A stretch of 64,000 nucleotides of DNA from Adineta vaga (Eukaryota; Animalia; Rotifera), in assembly GCA_021613535.1 (NCBI GenBank), contig CP075496.1, positions 7,998,001-8,062,000 of the forward strand, written 5' to 3'. Numbering within the stretch: position 1 is the first letter of the stretch; each line of letters starts with the position of its first letter. The notes under the pieces were generated by a model that was not told the origin of the DNA, ran no database searches, and saw only the letters and a list, made by a program, of their open reading frames with translations. The position numbers were made by a program, and so were the translations under genes. Positions 53,352-64,000 of this stretch are shown here, piece by piece.

Positions 53352-53804
53352 TTAGACAATATCATCTTCTTGATCGATTATTCGATGTGGTCGATGACGA
53401 TTTCGTCTACATTTAAAAATAAAACAGTAATGTTCAATTAAATAGTAACAACCAGGTATAAAACAAAGTAGGCCACAAATGAAAATAATAACTGGAGATA
53501 TTTGACTGTGTGTAAACCAATATGAAACAATAACATATGTTAGTAAACTTGAACCAAGAGTGAATAAACATATGGCAAATATTGTTTCCGATTGATGAGG
53601 TTTTAAACATGGAGTTTTTACTGGTTTATATCGATGTGTTATAGTAGAATCAGATTCTTTTGCTTGAAATATCGTTGGAGTAATAATAGTCGTTGATGGT
53701 AATACTTCAATATCATCTGAATGAGATAATGACCCATAGGAATTCAATGCTGGAACATCAGCAGGTGAAGATGACGAATGTGAAGAAGGTACTGCTGTGG
53801 TCAT
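53352..53804 (-). CDS. Two-TM protein, TMEM230/TMEM134 (DUF872)-like
   Basis: AICLFTLGSSLL and GLLCFIPGCYY match the family pattern; single coding exon. Confidence 0.7.
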   Translation of the reverse strand: MTTAVPSSHSSSSPADVPALNSYGSLSHSDDIEVLPSTTIITPTIFQAKESDSTITHRYKPVKTPCLKPHQSETIFAICLFTLGSSLLTYVIVSYWFTHSQISPVIIFICGLLCFIPGCYYLIEHYCFIFKCRRNRHRPHRIIDQEDDIV

Positions 53805-54675
53805 CCTCTAAAATTACACAAACATCAGTATCTATATATATATATATTAATTCACACACTCATTCTAATATCATTTTTAATGTTTAATGGACGGAATTAT
53901 ACTAATCAGATCATGAAAAAAAAACACAATTACAACTTTTTGTTGAATACAAATAATTCAATCCAACTAATTGTTTCGACAATTAATGGTAAAAGAGTAC
54001 AAAAAAATAATAGATATGGTGAACCTGTGCATATACTTATATCCGACATAAAATATGCGCTCAAAAGAACCGATGCTGTTGAATGAAATACAATCGCTAA
54101 AATAGATAATCAATGATTATATCTTTCAAGATTTTCTAGCGTATATCTTACAGAAAAAAACAGCATAATGTCGAAAAATTGAGAGACCCGATAATGATAA
54201 AATCATTTCGATAAAAACTAAACCAAGTGATGCACCAGTCCATGCATCTGACCTTGAAGAAAATTTTCAAATGAAACGATTATGAAACAAAAATTTAACA
54301 AACCAAACAAATCCATCTCGAGCCTTGCTAAAATCATCAACACCACAGTTAGCTACTAAATCTTCCTATAATAAATAAGTAGATAATATGTCATTTAAGG
54401 AAATTTTCTTTCGGAAATCTTACACGATAAACAAGAATAAGTATTAAGAGTATCAGATGAAGAAATAATGGTATAAAACGAGCCGTATACAATCGTTGAA
54501 AATTCGGCGAATAGATCAAACTGCTACCATGGTGTCGAAACATTTTTTTCTCACTTTTCTACAATCAATCGATCAATCGATCTCTATAATAAAATGATTT
54601 TATTCGGATGACGTTTGTCATATGCAATGAATCATATAACAACGCTACACTACAATCAATGTAGAAGAGATTTCG

Positions 54676-54689
54676 AGCGCCATCTATTG
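54676..54689. promoter_or_regulatory. AGCGCCATCTATTG motif (CTCF-like, reverse of CAATAGATGGCGCT) upstream of PHF10
   Basis: GC-rich motif in AT-rich DNA, with related copies at 29398, 35352, 46933 and 63335. Confidence 0.45.
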
Positions 54690-54934
54690 ATATCTATGCA
54701 AATTAAAATCACATATAAATGTAATAAAAATTTTTGTAATAAAATAAGCAAGTGATAATCAACGTTTAAAATTATTATTTAAAAAACTTTCTTTTATCTT
54801 TAGTCATTGTATCCACATCGAGGTTGAATGAAGTTTCGAATGGTAATACAATACTATCTTAATGCAGCGGAAGCACGTACGTTTATTGAAGGGCATAGAA
54901 ACTTCTTTTTTTAAACTTTAGATTAAATTAATTG

Positions 54935-57298
54935 ATGAATAGTTCATTTCATTCATCAGTTTCAATGTCATCAGACGTTGATATTTTACCTTCAATTAAT
55001 AATCATATTCATCATAATCATACAGATTTACCGAATAAATCTTTTAAACGTAGTCGATCGCCGAGTCTAACACGAGATGATGATGATGATGATAATAATA
55101 ATAATAATGATACAAATCATTCATCAACAACTATGGATACACCTACGAAAAGAAGTCGGAAAAAACGAACGACAACTGATATTGACGAAAGTTTAGGGTT
55201 TGTCTAATTTCTATGTTTTATTAAATAAATCTTCTCTCTCTCTCGCTCATTTTTTTCTAGACAAGATTTGTCAGCCGATAAATTACATGTCTATCGATGG
55301 CCAACTGGTGAACCACATGCTGATTTACATGTCTTACAAGAGCAAATATGTGATTATCTTTCATTAAAATCATTTAAACGAAAATATCCTGGTAAAATTC
55401 AAATAATAAATAACAATCATTTTATAGAAAAGTTCATGTTTGATTTTTTTCTAAATAGATATCTATCGACGAATCGTTGATTTACATGAACGAGAATATT
55501 TAAAATCTCAAAATGTTGTGACAGAAACACAATGTGATCTTGGCTTAACGGCCTTAAAATTGGATGAAGTTTTAGAACTTATGTCTACAGATTATCCAGA
55601 AAAATGTCATGTAAGGAAAACTTTTCGAATAGAATTTTCCTCTATAAACAGATAATGATATTCGTGTTCTCTCTTTTTCAGCAATTTAATCAAGCATGGC
55701 AACAAAAACGTCGTGCTCTTGTTGTCACTAGTAATAATGATACTATACCATCTCATATTTCCATAACGAATTCAAATCAATCATCATCATCCACACCTCA
55801 AACAGTTACCTCCATAGATAATGGAGAGAAAAATCGTGCTACTGTATGAGTGATACTTCTCTTCTTTGGCAATGTTAATCATTGTTTTTGGTATATTTTA
55901 TAGAGATTTCGACAAGATCTAATACGTTCAACTGTTGATTTCAATACTCAATTGCAACGTGAACGACTTCAAGATCGTAAAGCATGCTTTGATCTTCAAA
56001 CTATGGTTTGTTATTTAAAATTCTGTCTTTCTTATGATTGTATGAGTTTTGTTTTCTTCTTCTCTAGCAAATTCATTATCCTGCAAATAGACAATTTAGA
56101 TTACCATCTCATTTAACAAAAATAGGTTCTTATCCATTAGCACTTTTACCTGGTCAATATCAAGATTCTTATATAAAATATAAATCCGAAGAATTGAAAT
56201 ATATGCCAATTAATACAGCACTTTATTATTATCCTAAACCACTTTCATTCATTCAAAAAGACCGTTTTTCTCAACAGGTATGCAATATCATACATTTAAA
56301 TGCGTTTCTTACTTTCTATCGTCGTAATAATACATTTATCAAATAATTAACCAATGCGTTGTTTTTAGACTGCATCAAGTGACGAAGAAGATGAAAGTAC
56401 ATCGAAAACTCGTCTCATTCTTTCAAATCAACAACGACCTTTAACACCCCAATCACCTCATATTGTCAATGGAATAAATAATACAATTGCTACACCATCT
56501 TCATCACGTTTAAATAAACCATCAACCCCAATTTCTGTGAACAGTCATTCAAATCTATGTCATATATGTAAAATTACACAAAATGAACATGATGATGAAC
56601 TAGTTACATGTACTAGTTGTCATCATTCATTTCATCCTGTTTGTCTGGATGCTAACAATGAAATGTTAAAAATCATTAAAACTTATCCATGGCAATGTAT
56701 TGATTGTAAAAGTTGTGCAAAGTGTAACAAAACACATGATGAAGTAAGACAAAAGAATATATCATGTAAAATTATTAATAATTTACTTTTTGTTCTTAGG
56801 CTAATATGATGTTTTGTGATCGATGTGATCGTGGTTATCACACATATTGTGTCGGTTTAGATGGCATTCCTGATGGATCTTGGCAATGTTCAGCTTGTGA
56901 CTCACCTACAAACTCTACTCCAGCCTCTTCTCCTGTGCCTGTTACCAAAGGAAAACGTGGTCGTCCATCGATTAGCAGGTAAATTCATTTCTATTTTACT
57001 TTATTCGAAAATTAAATCTATCGAAAACATTTCATTCATTAGTCGTTTATCATCTCCTCAACAATCGACGAGTTCTCCTAAAATTGATACTGCTCCTACA
57101 CGTATATCATCACGGCGCAGTCGTCAAATTATCTCTACTCCATTATCTCCATCAAACAATACAAATCATTCATCCAATTCATCTTCAGCTGATCTATCAA
57201 CGACGAACAGTTCCACTGTGAATCTCACTCTGACTCGACATCAACAACAATGGATTACGACACCGACGATGTCAACCGAAATCAAAAGTAAAACCTGA
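54935..57298 (+). CDS. PHF10: PHD finger protein 10 (BAF45a/SAYP)
   Basis: SAY domain [19 protein letters not shown]|DIYRR...[15 protein letters not shown]; CFDLQTM; [12 protein letters not shown]; double PHD finger (HPVCL...[29 protein letters not shown]). Upstream 5'UTR exons are possible. Confidence 0.92.
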
Positions 57299-57642
57299 TC
57301 AATTCTTCAAAGCAAACAAAATAACACCTTGCATGTGCACTTTCTTTTTTCTGTATAGTTCTTTTTCTTTGTGTTTCTCTTTCTCTGTGCTACCTAGATT
57401 AGGTTGCTGGATATTCCATGTTTATTTGTTTGTTTGTTTTCTTTTTTTTTCGAAGTGAATAATAGATCGAGCTATATGATGTATAAAACAAAAGAAATCT
57501 ATGCTTTTTCTTCTTTTTTTCGTTTATTAAACACAACAAATTCTATACATATAAATAAAAACTCAAAACAGTTGTTTTTTTGTTTTGTTTCGAAAAGAAA
57601 ACATCTATTCATGTAACAATAATGAATCTATATTCCTCTAGA

Positions 57643-59064
57643 ATGGCTTCACCCGAACAAATCCGTCCAGTCATTGAATGCTTTTGTCAGATTTTATCTT
57701 TACATGGCTTTTCTGTGATCACATCAGAAATATTTCGTATGGCAAAATTCAACCAAAATGAAGCGGTATGATTTTGAATGAGAAAACTTTCTATATAGAA
57801 AGGTAATTACTTCTAGACTGCACCAATGTGGAAATTAATTTATGAAATGTTACATTTCGATGCAGATGCAACTAGTCACGATTTTTACAAAAATAAATTT
57901 AACCAAACACAAAAAAGTATGTTAGTAGTTCTATGCGTTCTCAAGTAATTCTTGGTGTAAAATAATTCATAGAATAATGTAAAACTAATGACTCAAAATA
58001 GTTACATCATCCACAGAATATAAACCAATGAAGTTTTGTTCCTGAGAAACTTGATAAATGACATGTACTATTTTGTTTTTTTTCATTCAGGTGATATTGT
58101 TGATATAATCAAACAAGATCTCTTCAATCGTGGATATACTTATGAACATTTCTTATCACTTGATTCGAACATGCAAACAGGTAGTCGACATCTACTTGTT
58201 TGCACTGGTTGGCTTATTTATCATATAAAACTTATTGAAACATGTATGAAACAATGTTTAAATTCTATTTCCAATTATAATGATGTATGTATCGTAGAAA
58301 ATTTAAAAAGAAATAAAAAACATTGAAAGATTATTTCATAGCCAATTGATGAATATAATAAATATGATTTGATCGAACGAATTAAACAAGCACTCTATTC
58401 AAATTCAAAAGTTCGGTCACGTTTACAAACTCTTGAACATAATACTAATCATGACAATCATCATTTATCATCATTTGAAAAACAACTTTGTCAATATCCT
58501 CATCTTATATCACAAGTAATTTCTTACACTTAGGTTTTCAATTCGAAAAATAGATTTTTGATTCTTTCTAGTATTTATTGGAATTGGATCAAGAACAATG
58601 TAAATTAAGTTTATTTTTATTCTGGAATAAGAATGAAAATATCTTTTGGAAATGGATGGTAAAAGATCATCTATTCATATTTTGCTTTTCTTTGAATAAG
58701 TCAAATTTTATGAATAGGAAAGTGTACTTGATCAACCGAGTACAATTGTTGAAAATGATCAACTAGAAAATGTAATGGCTTGTCAACATTTAGAAGCAGA
58801 AAAACAAAAATTCGATGCTGCGGTCGATACATTGGATAGTGCATTAGTTCGATTGGAACAATTATGGATCTCGAATGTATATTTTAACTATGATTATATA
58901 TAAGTTAACTATGATGATTTCAATTTTTTGTTTAGGATGATCATGCTCTAATTGAACGTGATGTTTCAACGATAGTTGTATCAATTGATCGACAAATTTC
59001 ATCGCTTTTTGAAGAATTATTAAATACTAATTCATTATTATCAAAGAAAACATTTTCCGACTAA
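57643..59064 (+). CDS. TEDC1: Tubulin epsilon and delta complex protein 1-like
   Basis: SEIFRMAKFNQNEA|TAPMWKLI, RGY...GSRHLLVCTGWL, ENIFWKWM|ESVLD. Confidence 0.75.
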
Positions 59065-59140
59065 TTTTTAGTGTTTATAAGAGAACAATTTTTTTGTAAT
59101 AATAATATACATTTTAGATTTGAAAAAAGAAACAGTAAAT

Positions 59141-60377
59141 ATGGCTGAAAAATTGAATGATATGGCCGGTCGACTATCGAAAGGTGTACCGAAAGGATTA
59201 GGTGTAGGCGCGACGCTACTTTTCGGAGTATCAGCAGCTGCTTATGGAGTTTATAAATCGATGTTTACTGGTAAAATCAGAAAAGAAACTTATTTTTCTT
59301 TTGTAAATACATGATTTTATTGTTCTTTTTTTCAGTTGAAGGTGGTCATCGTGCAATTATCTTTAATCGTATTGGTGGTGTTGATCAAAATTTAATTCAT
59401 TCGGAAGGATTACATTTTAGGTAAGAAAAATGTGATGAATTTCATGTCGACATAAATTATATCTCTAGACTACCTTGGTTCCAATATCCAATTTTGTATG
59501 ATATCCGAGCTCGTCCACGAATTATCAAATCACCAACAGGAAGCAAAGGTTTGTCATTTTGATTATGATTTCATCAATGATTGTTTTTTTCTGTCTCTAA
59601 TCTCTTAGATTTACAAATGGTTACTATCGGTAAGTTTGATCATCAGTGAGAAGATAATTAGATATCAATCTTTTATTTTTAGCTCTTCGAGTGTTAGCGC
59701 GACCAGATCAAACAAAATTACCTAAATTATATCAAACATTAGGTGTTGATTGGGATGAACGTGTCTTACCTTCAATTTGTAATGAAGTATTGAAGAGTGT
59801 TGTTGCTAAATTTAATGCATCTCAATTGATTACACAACGTCAACAAGTCTCGAATTTAATTCGTATGGATCTTATTGAACGTGCAAAAGATTTCGATATT
59901 TTACTTGATGATGTATCGATTACGGAACTTAGTTTTGGTCAACAATATTCCGCTGCTGTTGAAGCTAAACAGGTTGCTCAACAAGAGGCACAACGAGCAG
60001 TATTTACTGTTGAACAAGCCAAACAAGAACGTCAACAAAAAATTGTTCTCGCTGAAGGTGATGCCGAATCCGCAAAACTTGTATGTCATATTTCATGTCA
60101 AAGAGATGATCATCGTTGATGTTCTTTTCATTTAGATTGGTAATGCTATTAGTAAAAATCCCGGTTATTTAAAATTACGTAGAATACGTGCTGCACAAAA
60201 TATTGCAAAAACGGTAAGAGAAGAAGAAGAATAATCGTTGTTGATATTTTCTTCCTGTTATTTTAGCTTTCTACGAGTACGAATCGTGCTTTTCTTGATG
60301 CCCAAGCATTAATGATCAATGTTAATGATCCAAAATTCGATGAATCAACTGAAGAACTTGCTCGCAAGAAGCGTTAA
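59141..60377 (+). CDS. PHB2: Prohibitin-2
   Basis: [36 protein letters not shown]|[50 protein letters not shown]. Confidence 0.97.
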
Positions 60378-60791
60378 TTAGTCTTTCATTGTTTTTCTTT
60401 CTGCCATATGCAGTACCTTTACGAGCATATATGATTTGTTCCCACTTTTTTTCCGTATATGCTATTTGTAAGACCAACAAAAACGAAATAAAAATGAAAA
60501 GATTTTTCTAGGATTATTGTTTCATACAAATTCATATTTTTGATATTGCTCATGACAATGATGCTTTCTTTTCAATTATATCGATCGAATTCAATAGTTT
60601 CATTTCTGTGAATCTATGACTTTTCAATCAAGGGAACTGTTTTTGATAACTAAAAAAATAATCAAATGAGATTCTTCATTCGATATGTATTTTATAGATT
60701 ATTCATATCTATCTATTGTATTATACGAATATCCATTGATGGAGTAAAGAAAATTATCAACAAATAATATGTGTCTTATTTTGTATGCTTG

Positions 60792-62170
60792 ATGAGGCAA
60801 ATATTTTCACATCGTCGTCGTCGAATTCGATGGCTTTCCATTGGTGTCGCTTGTATTTTTCTTGTCTGGTGTTACATTTTATATAAGAGTTTATTTATTA
60901 ATTATAATCAAAAGAATCTTCATTCACATTCTCCTTCATTAACGACAATTTCTTCGTTTTTATATGATGTTGAAAATATCGATATATTTGTAAAACATAC
61001 ACCAGTGAAATATAATTATCATGTATTTTATTATCCTTGGTGAGTTTTGATTTCATCAACTACGAATATCGTTGAAAATAAAAATAATTTTAGGTATGGA
61101 AATCCAGAATATGATTCAAAGAAATACTATCATTGGAATCATCCTCGTTTAGCACATTGGAACCGTGAAAAAGCTTCACATTATCCTCAACATTCACATA
61201 TACCACCAGATGATATCGGTAGTAACTTCTATCCATTACTTGGCGCTTACAGCTCTCGTTCACTGCACATTATTGATAAACATATGCGAATGATACGTAT
61301 GAGTGGTGCTGGTATGAAGATTAAATTGTTATTCAAAAATTTACGAGAATTTATCTTTAGGTACATTATCGATTAGTTGGTATCCTCCTGGAATGAGTGA
61401 TGATCAAGGCTATCCATGGGATGATCTTGTACCACGTATACTCAATGCAGCGGAGAAATATAAATTAAAAGTAAAATTTTCAAAAAAAGAAACCTAATCA
61501 TATATATTTAATTATCTCTAAGGTCTGTTTTCATATTGAACCATATAAAAATCGAACTGCTGATAATGTTATCTATTCGTCCAACTATATACTTCGTCGA
61601 TATGGTTCGCATCCTGCATTTTATCGTTATAAGAATAAAGGATTCTTTTATATTTATGATTCCTATCAAATTCCTTCAGATGAATGGCATCGAAAACTAA
61701 AATCGATTTTGCCAAGTGATCGACAAGCTTATTTCGTTGGTTTAATTCTTAAATCCAATGAATGTCGACAATTAGCATCGGCTGGTTTTGATGCTGCTTA
61801 TTCTTATTTTGCAGCAAATGGTTTTACCGAAGCATCCACTTCACAACGATGGAAATCAATTGTCGAAGAATGTAAACCAATACCATTTATACCAAGTGTT
61901 GGACCAGGTTATATCGATACAAATATTCGACCATGGAATGGTGAAACAACACGAATGAGAAATAACGGAAATTATTATAGACAAATGTTCAAAGATTTAC
62001 CACATGGTGAAGATAGAATTGTAACCATCACATCCTTTAATGAATGGCATGAAGGTACACAAATTGAACCAGCTATTGAAAAAACTGATACAAAAACTAT
62101 CACCTATGAGAAATATCATCAAGGTCCTTTCACATATATTCATTTGACACGTGAACTTATTTTCGCTTAG
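60792..62170 (+). CDS. MANEA: Glycoprotein endo-alpha-1,2-mannosidase (GH99)
   Basis: Type II TM anchor; HVFYYPW|YGNP, HWNH, PPDDIGSNFYPLLGAYSS, FHIEPY, PSVGPGYIDT, ITSFNEWHEGTQIEPA (catalytic ExxE). Confidence 0.95.
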
Positions 62171-63199
62171 ATTGTGATAAATTTTGTTTGTCTTTCAAAT
62201 AAAAATGACGTAATTTGTATTTTCATGTATCTTTTCTAAACATGGGAGAAAATAAGACATCTTCTACTTCTTAAAAAAAAGAAACATTCGTCTCGACCGT
62301 TACAGAAAGAGAGAGAGGGAGGGAGGGAGGGAGGGAGAGAAGGTGAAACAACAAAAATAAAGAATTGCTTCGGGTTGTTTGATACATTTATAGGAATAAA
62401 TTGTGGATCAATACGAAGATATTATTTGATATTTCACTAAGTATTTTTCTTCTCGTTAAAGTATATGTTGACATAAATAACAGTGACTTGTATTTCATAT
62501 GTATATATCTACTTATACGAAAGCATCTTATGTAAAGAATAATAAATCTTTTTGTCCTTAGTTCTCAATCTGCATCAATTCATTTTTACTTTATTATCAT
62601 TGATTGAAAAGTTTTCAATTCATAAGGAGTATGAGTAGTCGAAACGTACGACAGAACACTTCATTTCTAGTTGTGATGTTTTTCTTCTAAACGTTTCTTT
62701 TTCAATGATTAGAATAGAAAACTGCGATCTTTTCTGTCTGTGTTTTTTTTGAAAATTATAAAATCAATCATCCTCCAGGGTAAATAATAGAAGAAAAGAA
62801 CATCAAAATAACACTTCGTCTTTTTTTCTCTTTTCAATGACATCCTCCTTATTCATTTTAGCATTTGTGTAGGTGATAAAAACGACGAAGTTAGGTAAGG
62901 TAGAATAACGATTCATTAGTAGTATAGAGATTTATTCAAAAAGTAAAAGAGACCTTGTTAAGAACGTGTGAAATCTGTTTAGACGTAGGATGTACAATCT
63001 TTATCTTAATCCAAAATTTAAATGTCTGTTCAGAGAAATAGTGTACATTTTATCTTTTTACTTGAAGAATAACGATTTTTTCTTCTTTGAGTATAAGTCG
63101 AATTAAATCATCAAGAAAATAGATATTGAGAATAAGGAAACATCAATTAAAACAGATATTTATGTCTGTTCAATACTTATCACCATGAAAATTGATTAC

Positions 63200-63222
63200 A
63201 TATATATATATATATATATATA
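63200..63222. repeat. (AT)n microsatellite
   Basis: Perfect AT run; a similar run lies at 27211-27233. Confidence 0.85.
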
Positions 63223-63619
63223 GAACGAAGATTTAACTGCGTAGAGAAGTACAAAAGTATGAGTGAGAATAGTGTTAATTAATTTGAGAATAAGAACGAT
63301 CTGGTATGAGTATCAAGATACCTTTATCTTTGTTATCGCCATCTATAGATTTCGCTAGTTGTCAGTAGTCTTATCACTCATGGTTGGTTTATATAATGAG
63401 ACAATAGACATCATGAAGACTGCGTCATGATTCGTTTCCTTTCTATCTAATTAGTTTAGCTCGTACTTGTACATGCATGTCTGTCTTTTTTCTTAGTCTA
63501 AACAAACAAGAGAATAAAAATGTTCTTATTTATAGATATCAAAGTAAAAGAAATATTTTCTCTATTTAGATGTTTTTGTCTTCCATTCGTGTCGTAATTA
63601 AATATTCTTTGTTTTACTA

Positions 63620-64000
63620 ATGAATGATCAAATAGAAGATTCAACACCTCAGGATGATCGATTTAAAAAACAAACACGAGGTTCTCAATCTTCACGAAAA
63701 TCTCGTTCGATAAGTCGATATTTTCTTGGCACAAAACGTTCTAGTGTTGATATAACAACACAAGATAGTGATATAACACGTTGTTTAACATCCATTGGAA
63801 TCTTTGATAGTTATGAACTTTGGACAAATGTAACATTATTTCGTGATTATCGAACATGTCGACGTTTATTGATTCTTACTGAGAAAAATCAATTAATTAT
63901 CGGTAAATCCAATCCTAAACAATCATTATTTAAAATCAAACATCGAATCGATCTTCATCGAATTTGGTTACATACAAATTTTCTGGATTCGATTGCTTCT
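63620..64000 (+). CDS. 3'-partial CDS, PH-like domain resembling the ARHGAP20 N-terminus
   Basis: The frame from ATG 63620 is open to the window end: MNDQIEDST...CRRLLILTEKNQLIIGKSNPKQSLFKIKHRIDLHRIWLH. It is absent from the ORF track because no stop falls in the window. Confidence 0.5.
   Translation, partial: MNDQIEDSTPQDDRFKKQTRGSQSSRKSRSISRYFLGTKRSSVDITTQDSDITRCLTSIGIFDSYELWTNVTLFRDYRTCRRLLILTEKNQLIIGKSNPKQSLFKIKHRIDLHRIWLHTNFLDSIAS

Overview
This is gene-dense, AT-rich eukaryotic DNA with many ~50-60 nt GT-AG introns, so the ORF track mostly shows single exons running into introns. The gene set is metazoan. Intron size and base composition suggest a bdelloid rotifer, which is an inference. 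I reconstructed about 25 genes by hand: PIGN (5'-partial), a secreted DUF4139-type protein of bacterial appearance, an opsin, a calmodulin-like protein, an SH2 protein, a giant 4xGH18 chitinase with a 23x36-bp mucin repeat, an MS4A-like protein, three tandem SLC46-like transporters, ZIP9, an HP1-like gene, PSMA4, ZC4H2, AXDND1 with a nested antisense NK2-class homeobox gene, separase, an SLC17 transporter, NHLRC2, a TMEM230/134-like gene, PHF10, TEDC1, PHB2, MANEA and a 3'-partial ARHGAP20-like gene. I saw no rRNA, tRNA, CRISPR array or intact transposon. The most interesting signals are: (1) operon-like clusters of co-oriented housekeeping genes, with unpaired splice acceptors before downstream ATGs and a recurring TAGATGGCGC-type motif at cluster heads; (2) the nested homeobox gene, whose stop codon overlaps a host exon; (3) a frame break separating the active from the inactive half of the chitinase; (4) a probable horizontally acquired DUF4139 gene; (5) an opsin with Glu at both counterion sites; (6) a cysteine-free NHLRC2 thioredoxin motif. 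All exon coordinates were read by eye and may be off by a few bases.
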